From Eledone cirrhosa (taxonomy: Eukaryota), in NCBI GenBank assembly GCA_964016885.1, contig OZ024743.1, positions 320,912,001 through 320,976,000 of the forward strand: a stretch of 64,000 nt of DNA, given 5' to 3'. The position numbers and the translations under genes are program-made. Shown one piece after another: positions 51,510-64,000 of the stretch (the stretch's first letter is position 1; each line of letters starts with the position of its first letter). A model generated the notes under the pieces. The model was not told the origin of the DNA. It was given only the letters and a program-made list of their open reading frames with translations, and made no database searches.

Positions 51510-51550
51510 AATATGGTTTTATAAATATAGTTTCCATTTATTTAATATCG

Positions 51551-51588
<38 letters not shown>

Positions 51589-53129
51589 TATATAACAAAC
51601 ACACAAGCATAGGAATAAATGTTACATGGTGTTATTAGCTTCACGCTTGGTGAGTGGGGGTGGTGTTGTTACGACGTTTCGAACATAAGCCCTTCATCGG
51701 GAGAGAGAGGGGGTGGAACTCCGAGAAGGAATGCCGGGGGGGGGGGGGGGGTTAGCGGGAAAAACATGAAAGTACGGGATATATATATATATATACCCCT
51801 ACCACTGGAAAGTGAACGTAATATGATGATGAGATGGTTATTGATAAGAAACATTATCATTAAAAAAAAGTATGACTACTATTTTGATAATTTTTCTCTA
51901 TTGTTAAAACTATTTCATATACCACTATGCGAACAATATTAAAATTACATAGAAAATGATAAATCAGCCCTCCTCCTCATCCTCAATTTACGTGTTTTCA
52001 GAGCTAGTATGGGTTTGACCTGTTATCACAATTTGAAACTTGACCTGTTGGAGAACCTCATCTTGTTCATATGTTCCATTTCGCCCTCATTTCTATGGTG
52101 AATGCCCTTCCTAACGCCAACAGCTTTACATACTTGACTAGGTGCGTTTTAGTATGGTATCAGCACAAATAACGTATAGACTGGACTGGGTGTATTTTGT
52201 TGTGGTACCAACAATAGAGAGATAGCGGATAGCTGTCGCATAAAACTATACTTTGATTAAAATGTTATCTCCCTTACATGAATATGAAACGTAAAAACAT
52301 GAACGTGACGTTTTATATATTTAAACCGATTTCTTTCACGGTCCAAATATAATTTTGCTGAGAGCAGCATTGAGTTCAAATCCCGTCGAGGTTAACTTTG
52401 ACTTTCATCCTTACGGGGTCGATAAAATAAAACACCAGTAATGCACTGGGATAATTGCTGGCCTTGTGCCAAATATAGAAACAATTATAAGTAGAATTAA
52501 TTGTATCTAATATATTACCGATACTTTCTTCAGATGAAAACATGTTTAATAAAGTAGTTACCTCATTCACACAACAGTAAATATTTTATTTATTTATTTT
52601 TATTATTTATTTATATGCGATAAAATTTCAACATCTTCACTGAATTCTGAAGGCAGATTCGTTACTGCTAAAAAGTAACTAATGTAAAGACACAGTCATG
52701 ACTGAATGGTGAAGGAGTTCGCTTTGGAATGAGGAAGTGCCTCGTTTGATACCACAGCAAAGTATCTTGGGCAAGCAGGTGTCTTTAATACAACTTCCTG
52801 TCAACTCAAGTCTCTAATTGAAATATGATAGATGGAAACAATGTAGAAGCCCCTCAAATGAATTGCATTTGCAATTTAAAGGGTTAGGTTTGTCAGGATA
52901 CACGTGTTTGTATAATACTTAATTTTGAGTGTTTGTTGTTTCGTTGATGAAATATCTAGAGCACTCATCGTTGGAATCCAGTGGAGGTTCAATTCAAGTC
53001 AAGAAGCAAAGTGTTGGTTGGTATGCTGCCCATCCACACCATTACGAGTTGTGGCGACTATTGCACATCTTTTGTTTGTTTTCTAAATGATTTCTTATGT
53101 TAAAATAAATGTTTATGGCTTTTCCCCTC

Positions 53130-54140
53130 AAATCTGTCCATCGATTTTTCCATAGACAATCTATCCATGATATGAAAGCTGTGGTCCCTTGATTCAGAGG
53201 AGTAGTGGCTCTACCTGGAGTGACACACTGATTTCCAAGCTATACATCCTAGAAATGTTAATCCATAGAACCTTCAGAGGGACTCCATTTCAGCTGCTTG
53301 TATTCTTTCGGTCATTACTTCAGATTCGTAACCATAGATAGTGAGTTTGGCTTTTACAACTATCTCTCTTCTTCTGATAACCAAGTGCTGAAGCTGGCAC
53401 AATACTGAATCCTCTTCGGCAATTCTTGCATTTAATTCATCATTCATAAAAATGTCCCTGAGATACTTGAATTTCACTCACATGCAGAGTACTCTGTGCA
53501 GACTTTCTTGAGAGGAAAAGTCTCACAATCTTCACAGCACTGATTTTCATTCCGGCCATGCAGCACAACTATCCAGTGCATGTTGGATATCATCTGTTGA
53601 GTTAAATAGTACCATGTCGTCTGGCAATTCCAGACAACTGATCTTACACCTGCCCGTTTTGATACCACATCCAACCCTGTCCATGAAAATTAATAGGAAT
53701 GGTGACAGTATGCACCCTTTGTAGAGTCTGTCATTCAAATTGAATGAGTTCAACTTAGCAACATTTATCTGAACACAAATATTAGATCATTCGTATAGGG
53801 ACTTCAAGGCTACAAGCCATTCATTGTTCCCATACTCATGCAGAAATTTCCAGAACAGGTCCAATGAAGTGGGTCATATCTCTTTTTGAAGTTGAAACAG
53901 GCATACACCTCTTGGCAATACTCCCATAATTTCTCAAAGATTTACTGTGATGGGAATATTTCGTCAGCTCTGCTGTGCTTATGGTGAAAAACCACACCAT
54001 TCATCAGCTAGCGTGGATTCGACAATCTCCCTATATCTCTATGTATAAACTTTACTGGGGAGGCTTAAAAATGATATTCTTCTATAATTAGAGCAAGCTC
54101 TCAACTCCCATTTTGAACATTAGGATTATCACTCCTAATT
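53130..54140 (-). pseudogene. Degraded RTE-type RT fragment
   Basis: GCILSPFLLIFMDR, LELPDDMVL, KFKYL..IF, LTIYGYES in short broken frames. Confidence 0.7.
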
Positions 54141-55229
54141 GGCAATTTTATATGAATTATGTTAATTAATTATTAAAAATGACTTATGATTTAGGCTCAT
54201 CATCATCATCATCATCATCATTTTACGTCCACTTTTCCCTGCTTGCAAGGGTGGGACGGGAACTGATTCTGGCTTGATTTCTACAGCTGGATGCCCTTCC
54301 TAACACCAACCTCATTTACAATGAGTGCTGGGTGGTTTTTGCCGTGGCACCTACACGACCACTTTGCAGTGGAATGATAGGGACCCCAGTCCCTATCATC
54401 TCATTTCTACAGCTGAGTAAACTGGAGCAATGTGAAATAAAGTGTCTTGCTCAAGGAAACAACACATCACCCAGTCTGAGAATTGAACTCACAACCTTTC
54501 GATTGCAAGGCCAATGCTCTAACCACTAAGCCATGTGCCTCCATCTGGGGCAAAAAGGGACATTGGATATGGGAATCATGAATATAAGAGGTGATACATT
54601 TTCGACAATAAATCCATATGACATGAATATATATTTAGCCCTGTAGCTACACAATAGTGACATCAGGTTTAACTGGGTATTGTTATTCATTTTAGTAGTG
54701 ATATCTACCACAATATTTGACTGGTACACTTTTTTTTTATCAAGTCCCAAAGGATGAAAGGAAATTGACTTTTGCAGGATTTGAACTGAGAGAGTGAAGC
54801 ATTTGTCTGACATTCTTCCAGTCCGTTTCATTTAAAAATAATAAATAAAAACGATCGCAGCGCAGTCACCGTTACTACCATGACAACCAACAGCAGCACA
54901 ACCATCATCATTAGTCAATAAATACAAAGCTCCCTTTCGGGCCTTAGTTGAGCTTTGTAGGTGGTTAATAAGCGATTATGTTTTAAGTATTTCCTGCTCC
55001 CAAATTTTATATCACTGATTTCTTACAAATTCATCAAATATAGTGTTGCAACCTGTCCAGTGATCGCTAGTCTTGCTCATCTAGATATCACTAGATATCA
55101 CTACTAGCCTCACAAGTCAAGATTGCTCGGCTCAGATGACTTTACAAGATCCTGTAAAAAGCCTGGGTGCCATTGGCCAATGCCTTTGCGGCTTGAATCA
55201 GCAAAACATTGGACACCGATTGACACAGG

Positions 55230-56560
55230 GATTGATTTATTTCACTTTATTCACCTTCGGTCTGCCCCAACTCTAATGCCGATCATGGCAGCTTGTTGAC
55301 AGTAGTCCTGGTCTAAGCCAACATCTCGGCTTTTGGGCAGATGCCCATATTCAGTGTCTGAGCAGGTCACACTCAATACATTTGTGTGCTCACAGTCCTC
55401 CACCCCTGATGCCAGCTCAAAGCATTTATGCAACTGCATAAATGTCAAACTTATCAATGGTGATATCACGACTACTGTCAGAGTAGTGGCCTCTAACGAC
55501 ACTGAGGAGGTCGTTTACCACACTGAGGAGGCCTTGGCTACTCTCCGGCTCAAACAACCAAAACCACCTGCAGACCTCAACTAGATAAACCCACCTGAAC
55601 TCCAACAACTTTATGTGGCCTCTAAAGAGAACATCATCTCTGTTCTGAAATATTTACCTGCCAGCAGAAGCGGAAGCACCGATGATTCTGTCCAGCCACC
55701 TCAAGCAATTGGTGCCCCCGTCACTGCTGAGTGCCATTGAGGCCATCACCACCAGGTGCATTCATGGTGTCCCGGCACCATATTCGGCCCAACTCACTGC
55801 TCTCAGGAAGATAGTGGAATACAGTCCATCGTGGTAGGAAACGTCTTCTGGAGGCGTGCAGCGAAGATCAACTGCAAGTCTGTTTTACTTGAGCTAGGTG
55901 AGTAACTCAGCCCGGTGCAGCTGGGGATCAGTGTGACCAGTGTCTGTGAGGGAGCCGCTACACAGTTCATCAACAACTGTCATCCTGAAACGGTACCAAG
56001 TGATTCCAAGCATCTCATCATCAAGCTTGACATGAGAAATGCCTTCAACTGTCAGTGCCGTAATCACTTGCTTGAAGTTTGCCTCAGCCAAGCACTGTCC
56101 ATCTACCTGTGATATGGGCCCCCATGCATGCTCTTCACTGCAGACAAGATCATACCACCCTTAACCGGCAACCAACAGGGTGATCAATATGGCCTCCTCC
56201 TCTTCGCTCTCGAGGTGGACAATTTTGCTTGGATCATCACTGCTCCTCTCAGTGTCTGGTACCTGGACGATGTGACAATAGCCTGCATACAGCGTCTGTT
56301 AAGATCTTCAATCAGTGCTTCCCACTCTGGTGAGGATCAGCCACGAGATCAACTCATCCAAATCAGAAGTCATGAATGTGAATTCTGAAACAGAGGGCTT
56401 TGCGGCCTGCATCGCAGACATGCAATCCTCACTCCATCACGTGCAGGTAACCTCTAAGGAAGATGTCCTTAACCTTGGTTCACCAACCCTCCTGCCTGCC
56501 ATTGGCTCTGCCCTCAGGTTCAGACAATGCCAGCTAGAAACTGTGATGAATATCTGAGCT
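55230..56560 (+). pseudogene. Degraded CRE-like non-LTR RT fragment
   Basis: QLGISV..VCEGAA, KLDMRNAFN, QQGDQYGLLLFAL, WYLDDVTI, LGSP. Confidence 0.7.
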
Positions 56561-58199
56561 GAGGTGTAGTGGCTGTTCCAGTGCAATGCATTCTACATCT
56601 TGTCGGCTGGGACTCAGAAGTGGAGAGTAAGTTAGTTGGAGCCAAAGCATACTCATTTGGACGTCACACATTTTCTCTTCTCACCTCCACTTTCACTGAT
56701 ACGTACTAATGACTGTAGTTGCATATTGATATTTTCATGCTAGCATGGAAAATGGACGTAAAACGGTGATGATGCTGATGATGATGATACCCTCGTTAAG
56801 AAAATAATCTATCTAGACCTTTTGTAAGGGTGGTAGTGTGATACAAGAGAGATTATTCACTGGTTCAGCAACCAAATACAAGCAACCTCACTCCACAGAT
56901 AATTTGTTAGGAAGTTGTATGGTCATGGCAATTAATATCCAACATAGTGCAGTTCCTTCAGTTCTGTAAAACTGATTATCAACAAATAACAAATGGGAGT
57001 AATTCTTGTCACAAACGTCAGATATGGGGCATCTTTTTAGTTTGATTAATATTGTAAAAGGCCTAATTTCTAGCATTAAATGACTCACAAATTATCTATG
57101 AAGCAAGTGAGATATGGAGATGTAATTGTAACTAAAATAGCAGAAAAATTACATATATTATAACTTATTTGAGAGAGAATAACATCTCAGTAGTTTAATT
57201 AGTAATGTAATCACCTAACAAGCAATATATACTTAGCTTGAATCCCAGCCGTTTTCCTATCTTACTTTATATGCTTTAGGATGGAAAATTGACAAAAAAA
57301 AAAAATACCTTGATTTTGTTGACTAAGAAAACAGACACTCCAATCATAAACATTTTAAACTAATTTATCCATACTTGAAGACATTAGACGGCTTTGCCAG
57401 CTCAGTTGCTATACCACTTGCTGCAGTTCATTGTGAAATTCAGCTTTCACCACTTCTTTCCTTGTCTTATTCGGATATTGAATTTAGACTGTCTTACTGA
57501 TTATGTCTCTGTAACTCACAATGTTTAGCTGGCCTTGCATGAGGTGACATTTTTCTTGTGTATTTTAATGACAGCTGTTCTAATCCTATCATAGGAGCAT
57601 TTTTCCCATGACAGGAGGCAGGATTTGAACTAGGAATGCACAGCACTGGAATAGATAAAGCCAAAAGTCTGATCCTCCAACAATTCTGCAAATCTCCCAC
57701 GCAAGTGATATATAATACATAGAATGAACCAAAACAAGTTTAATCCATAAAACAGAACATTTATCACCAAGTGGGCATCTGCATTTATCATAAGTTCATC
57801 AGCTGTATTAATATACAATATATCATCATGATTATTTCTTAAGTTTGTTTTCTCCTACTTGAAAGGTTAAACAACTTTTTCAGGGAAATATTCTACGGCT
57901 GGATGTTCTTACTGATGCCAACACTAACTTAATTTTTAAGTATGTTTCTTATTCCACTGACCTTCACTTATTAGACTACTAAACTATTGTTTAAGTTTAC
58001 TAGTATTCTTTATGGGTCATTGAAATGACATTCCTCTCCTGCACTAGTATCTGTACATTCAGTATGTTTAACATAAAAATATTTTTTAAATTTTAACAAT
58101 AATGGCAGTCATCATTACATTTTTAAGACCATTTTTCCATCTTTGCATCATTTCCAGTAGACATTTCTCTACTTGTTTTGTTCCTTTGTCATCACTTAT

Positions 58200-61100
58200 G
58201 TGATGTTCAATTTCTTGAGATAAGCTTTCATCAGTGATTTTTTCCAATTAGAACCCCTGGCAGTTCTTCATCCAAAGATCCTCATTACCTGCGCATCTAG
58301 TGCAATCTTCTCTCTGGTATGCTACATCTGTTTCTTATGTCCATTTTATTCTCAGCTCATCTTTGTTATGCCGTTACTGCATATTAACATTACACATCCA
58401 ATGGAGCATGCTTGATTCATTTCCCTCCAGCAGTTACATGCCCCCTACATTCTCTGCCCATGTCTCACTATCCTGCAATATGGCATTTCCCAAATAAATA
58501 TCATAAAGTCTACCCTTTGCTTGGAGAGAGAATCCCTTGCAACACAGATAATATCTCACTGAAATGTTTCCACTATGTTCTTATTTTAGTTACTACGCTT
58601 TCAGAGCAAGCCCCTCCATCTGAGTTTGGCTTGGTTTCTACAGCTGGATGCTGTTCCTAACGTCAACCACATTTACAGTGTGCTTTTTGTTGATACCTAC
58701 ACGACCACTTTACAGTGCGGTCTGGGCACTTTTTGTCACGTCACCAGTGTGGACTGCGTGATTTTTGTTGTGACACCTACGTGACGATTTTAGTGTGGAC
58801 TAGGTATATACTGTCGTGACTCCCGGATGGCCACTCTGTGGTGTAGATTGGGGACTTGGGTGTGGTGATGCATGGGGAATTGGAGAGGTAGATATAGGAG
58901 TGGGGTGATTTGCGTGGGAGGTGGTACATACTAGATGTATGCCTAGGTGCTGCATATGGGAAAGTAAGTCTTCTGTATTACTGCATAGCGCCAGAGATCA
59001 CAGTCCTGTGCCATCACCTTTGAGATGTGTAACTGTGCAAGGTCAGCTTTTATCACCTCATCCCAAGTCTTTCCACTCCATAGCTTCCAACTACTTTAAG
59101 CACTCTGCACCTTTTAATATACTGTCAACCTTCATACGCAACACATGTTCATACCAACACCATCTCCTCGCCTGCACACTGCATCTGATCCCTCTTATCC
59201 CTAATTTCTCATACAGTTCATTTATGCTTTGCTGTTCCTGTATATTACTATCGCACATCCATCGTAGCATGGAAGCTTCATTTCTTTCCAATCTTTGCAG
59301 GTCCTCTGCATGTAGTGCCCTGGTTTCGCTACTGTGCAACATTGTTGTTTGTGTACATGCATCATAGTCTGCCTTTTATTTTGAGGCCAAAACATTTTGT
59401 AGCTATCAGCGGTAGCAACTTTCTCAAACCCGTTCTCATTCTCGCCACTGCTTTTGGAATATCCTCAACTGTTAATTCGGTCACCCAACTAACTACTACT
59501 TCTACAGAGCCCTCTGGACATTTGAATATTGTATTCTGAGAGCTATTGCTATTTACTGCCTCTGTGCACTGACCACATGTAAAACCTGCATTCTTTGTTA
59601 GCCTGCTTGAGATCCTACTACATCTCTTGTATAGCCATAGTTTGCATTTGGGACATAGGATGAAATTTCTACTTACTCCTTTTCTGCATGCTGAGCAAGG
59701 CCATCTTCCTGGGGAGATTTGGGCTGTTTTCATTTCTACTTACTAGAATTTTAGTCTTTGCTAAATTGACTTGAAGAACTTTTGATTCTAGGCCATGTTT
59801 GAAATTTCTTCTCTAATTCAGCCATATATTCAGCTATAAGGGTTAGCTCATTTGCATATAGGAGTTCCCAGGGGAAGCCAGTTTTAAACTTCTCCGTTAT
59901 AGCCTGCAGGATAATAAACACGAGCAGGCTAAGAACTGAGCCCTGATGGAGCCCCAATCTGCACGCTAAATTCTTGGCTATAATCAGTTAATTCTGACCT
60001 TGCTGACAGTTCCTCTAAACATTGCTTGTACTGTCCTTACAAGCCACTTGTCCACGCCTAGTTTTCTAAGAGACCACCAGATAATGGCAAAAGATCTCTC
60101 CAGGTTCACAAAAGCCAAGTAGAGGGGTTTACCTATAGCTAGATACTTCTCCAGTAGTTGCCTAAGGACGAGGGCATTTGTGCTATATTTACCTGGCACA
60201 AATCCAAACTGCATCTCATCTAGGTTAACTCATTCCCTAATCAGCTGTGCTATAACTCTTTGTGACCTTCATAACCTGGTCAGCCAACTTGATGCCCCTA
60301 TAGTTTTCTCTGTCTAGAGCATCTTCTTTACCCTTGTAGCAGTTGATGATGCTGCTGCTAGGCCAGTCATTGGTTATGGCACAGGTTTATATTACCTGGT
60401 TTATAATGCAGGTGACTAAGGAGTCACCATCATTCCTGATGCTTTCAGCATTTTGGCAACTATACCCATTTTCATATCCTTGACTGCCTTACTTACTATA
60501 CTATTGCTGTCTTGTACAGCTTGTCCCGCTGTTGGCTCAACTTGTTGTAAACTATTTTTTTCCAATGCATTCTCCTCATTCAGTAATATTTCATAGTGGC
60601 AGTTTTCAGCATCAGTGAGGGCTAGTTCACCATAATCATTTCGGACACACTTCTCCCCATCAACATCACAATTTTCCCTGTCACACTGTATTGTGATCCT
60701 GAACACTTCATGCCTTTGGCGCTCACATTGCAAAACATGCTTAAATCTTTTATTTTCCGCTTTCCTCCTTGTAAGGTATACAATGTGTATCTGTCGCCTA
60801 GCTTCTCTCCTTACCATTCTAGTAGACTTCTCTACTACCCCCATTTTGCCATTTCTTCTATGCCTGATTTTTGGCCTTAATTGTCTCATCTACCTTACTA
60901 TTCCACCACCATGTCACTCTCCTTCTCTCTAAAGATCTACTCCAACCATAGATTTCCTTTGTTGTCTTCAGTAGGTTATCTTTCAGGAACTCCCACTGCT
61001 CTTCTATATTGTATGTCTCTATTTGCTCTTCCTTAATGTCGAAAGCGTGACTCAACATACTTCTGAAATTTTTACTAGATGACGGGTCTTTTAGCTTCCA

Positions 61101-61935
61101 TATTGTCCTCCATTTTGTCTCCTGTTGGGGTGTTCCTCTGGACCTCACTATAAGGCCCCTAACTACTAAGTTATGTTGGGAGATGCATTCTTCACTAGGG
61201 AGGGACTTTGTGTTCACAACAGTAACGTCTTCTGGTGAGAATAAAATCAATCTTGCTGGCGTGCTCACCTGATCAATAAGTGATTAAGCGGTTGTCCCAT
61301 TTTTTGAAGTTCATGTTACAGATAAATAAGTCATTAGCATTGCAGAATTCCAGGAGCCTGAAACTCTCATTTCTAGCGACAAATCCGTAGCCCCCATGGA
61401 TTCCAGCGAAGCCATCGTAGTGTTGTCCAAGATGCCCGACAAAGTTAACTGCAATGTATATGAGGTCGCAGTTATTTAGTTGAGAGATAGTGAGCATTGG
61501 GGACTCATAGAACATGTCTTTTAGTACATCTGGCAGTCCAGATTGAGTGTATATGCAGATATGATTGTCATGGTTACTCTATTTAGTACAAGTCTAAGTT
61601 TACTTATTTTGTCATTTACTCTATTTACAGCAATAACTTTGTCTGCCCATTTTTCCGCTACCAAAATTCCTACCCAATCAACCCATCATTTCCCACCAAG
61701 AAAAATTTGTGGCATCGTTTTTTGCCAACAAGAAATCTAGCTGACATTTCTCTCCATCTAGTCTCTTGTACACAGCACACATCAATTTGCTTTCGTTCAA
61801 GCATCTCTACAAGTTCTTCAGATCTTCCTTTCATCATGCAAAATCTTTCCTGTATTGGAAAAAAATTACTTCATTGGAGCTCTTACTTCTAACTATCCCT
61901 GTGCATGTGCTACACACAAAGCCTGCCTTCTTAGC
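58200..61935 (-). pseudogene. Degraded RTE LINE remnants (APE endonuclease + RT + 3' domain)
   Basis: HGGYGF..RN...LLEFC, SQHNLVV, TWWWN..V, QFGFVPG, GLHQGSVLS, ELLYANEL, ERNEASMLRWMC across frameshifted pieces; a second short 3' fragment at 58200-58610. Confidence 0.8.
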
Positions 61936-62557
61936 TAGCTTGCCTGCAATCCTACAATATATGTAATTATTAAAAACACACACACTGTTGTATATACTTC
62001 TATGTTATTACCATATTATTTTCTAATAATACATATTAGTAAAAATCAAAGTCTTGGTCACTGTTGTAGATGTAAGAGGAAATACTTTGATAATATATTG
62101 TATTATTAAAAAAATAATAATAAAGTAAATACAAGAGTATATGTGTGTTTTCAATGACCCTGCCTACCTGTTTTTGTCTGAACACACTATAGCAGATCAA
62201 ATTATTTTCTTAATATGTATAACACAAAAACTTTTTTAAAAAAAGACTGTAGTATATGAAGACTATTGTAATTCATTCCTTGTTGCAGGACAAACTTGAC
62301 TGAACAAAATTAGTTATACTTGAATATCATACCAGATTGGGTTTTGCGACTTGTATGGCTAAATTTCACAGGCAATTGGAAATAGCTTTAACAAATCATC
62401 AGAACTGTAGAACAAATACTTTAGAACAAATACTTTAGTTCTAAAAAAATGAAAAAAAATGAAGAGCCTGGGACACATTTGATCAGACATTATATAGGGC
62501 TAAACAACACACGCCACAAGGAAAAGAGCTATAAAAAAAGAAAAGCTACATTTTTTT

Positions 62558-63739
62558 CTATTTGATATTTATCAAAATTGTTTCTTTCAACTTCACAACA
62601 TGAAGTGGTTCTTTTACAGACGTATCTCGACTGCGCAATCCAATAATGCCGGTCTCCAGAGTGGCATCGTTAATAACTACCGTTAAAAGCACACCCAACT
62701 CATCAAACATCATATATTGCTTGTCAAGAGAATTCATAGTATCTAAACAATGAAATACTAGCAGTTCCAAGTTTTCAATATCTTTTATAATACGTAACGC
62801 CATCTTCTTGAGGTAGGAAACTTTGCTCCCTGATATACTGACACCAATTTTATAAGGCACAAATCTTCTGTGGAGTTTTAATATATTTCTAGATTTGGAG
62901 TCCGAACGACTCTTATTTTTAGGATTAGTTTGAATGTTCTCCTGAAAGGAATCCAGAAGGAAAGCCAGGAATGTTCTCTCAAGAATAGCTGTAGATTCAA
63001 TAACACATGGTAAGGATACAGAACGTCTAATATTACTTCGAGCGGATATATCTGATATCAACACGTCGTTTAAATCTTGCAGAGGATAATCGCGCCAGTT
63101 TATGATTGTTTCTACAGTGTCCCAGCCCCATGTAAAATGGAATTGCACTTTGAACACCTGGAAAGTTTTGCCATTGATGTTTGATTGATGTGGCCCTGAC
63201 AAAGTAAAATTAGAAGGGAAACGTGCATACTGACGCCACCAATTCAGTCTACGTCTATGACACTCATTAAAAGTGGAGACGATAGACGACGGTGGACAGA
63301 ACTGTACAACAGTCATCTCTGTATTTTCGGGTGATTCCAAAGGAAACGGATTCTTGACCGACAAAGGCTGTGGACAACAAATGGATGTGAAAGCAATAGA
63401 AAACGGTACCTTTCTTTTTAACTGTCTAGCGACGACGAGATAATTTTCGGAAAAGCGATGTAGTGAAGTCGAATTCAAATATTCCGTCCCTACAGAAATA
63501 TCTGGTGAATCTTTCGTGGTAACGTATTTTGAATTTTCCATCCAGAAAGTCTCCTCGCTGTTGTAAAGGACGTATCTTCGCCATTCTTGTAAAATGTTAT
63601 GCCGCATTAACGCTCCGGGTGGTCCATAACTATAAGCATCCAAATTGCGTTCTCTGTTCAAGACATTACTCGGTTTTACGATGAAAGTCCGCCCAGTTAA
63701 TACTCTTAATAGTTTGTCTAACACATTCGGCTTCGCCAT
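62558..63739 (-). CDS. POLG2: Mitochondrial DNA polymerase gamma accessory subunit, single-exon ORF
   Basis: YGPPGALMRHNILQEW, RRLNWWRQYA..PSNF, F.WGWDTVETI, PCVIES, AFLLDSFQE, LKLHRRFVPYKIGV, FDELGV..TVVIND.TLETGIIGLRSRDTSVKE: GlyRS-like fold motifs typical of POLG2. Confidence 0.9.
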   Translation of the reverse strand: MAKPNVLDKLLRVLTGRTFIVKPSNVLNRERNLDAYSYGPPGALMRHNILQEWRRYVLYNSEETFWMENSKYVTTKDSPDISVGTEYLNSTSLHRFSENYLVVARQLKRKVPFSIAFTSICCPQPLSVKNPFPLESPENTEMTVVQFCPPSSIVSTFNECHRRRLNWWRQYARFPSNFTLSGPHQSNINGKTFQVFKVQFHFTWGWDTVETIINWRDYPLQDLNDVLISDISARSNIRRSVSLPCVIESTAILERTFLAFLLDSFQENIQTNPKNKSRSDSKSRNILKLHRRFVPYKIGVSISGSKVSYLKKMALRIIKDIENLELLVFHCLDTMNSLDKQYMMFDELGVLLTVVINDATLETGIIGLRSRDTSVKEPLHVVKLKETILINIK

Positions 63740-64000
63740 AGAGTAAACACATGGATTTTGTAGTTCTCTGTCTTCTTTGGTGAAGAGTTCTCAAATATAT
63801 TATGGAAATAATTTAATTATAATACTAGTTCAGATAAATCTATTTCTACTATTAAATCAATAACAAATAATTCACAAAGATTATATTAAAATGTTCTTTA
63901 TTTTGATAAAATATCAATATTAAACCATCAGAAATAGCTTGGAATATTTACAACTTCGAAACTCGTAAATTGTAGATTAATATTATTTACCTCCCTTGTT

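Larger units (their letters stand above)
47602..51552 (+). mobile_element. Penelope-like element, family B, right (inverted) copy
   Basis: Reverse complement of 43038-47034 with few substitutions and indels; ends in (TA)n. Confidence 0.92.

Noticed and set aside
51665-51705. Minus-strand CCGATGA-agggc-ttat-gttc-GAAAcgtcgTA
   Set aside because: No stem I pairing; probably a degenerate ribozyme remnant, not callable.
57340-57820. Possible exon-like ORFs on the minus strand
   Set aside because: Stops in all frames and no recognisable domain.

Overview
AT-rich, microsatellite-dense metazoan genomic DNA. The repeat repertoire ((TA)n/(TATG)n/(CA)n tracts, tRNA-derived SINEs, RTE, CR1, Penelope) suggests an octopus or other coleoid cephalopod; this is inference only. 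Host genes: the 3' exons of a + strand gene for a Cys-rich/EGF-like + 2xPAN/Apple protein (6281-21880, including two microexons) and an intronless POLG2 (62558-63739, -). Most of the rest is mobile DNA. There are three intact Penelope-like (Naiad-type) RT-GIY-YIG ORFs, two of which form a head-to-head ~4 kb inverted repeat in a (TA)n tract with four hammerhead ribozymes. Other hammerhead-bearing repeats occur, and three unrelated families share a compensatory U3-A8 core. Also present: three copies of a 609-bp RTE-derived element retaining a C2H2-finger micro-ORF, R4/Dong, CRE, CR1 and RTE remnants, a complete but frameshifted Buster-type hAT with a nested telomere-repeat foldback element, a mariner fragment, and a degenerate 5S rDNA array invaded by a CsRn1-like Gypsy element and a CR1. 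All structures were read by eye; no folding or database search was run.
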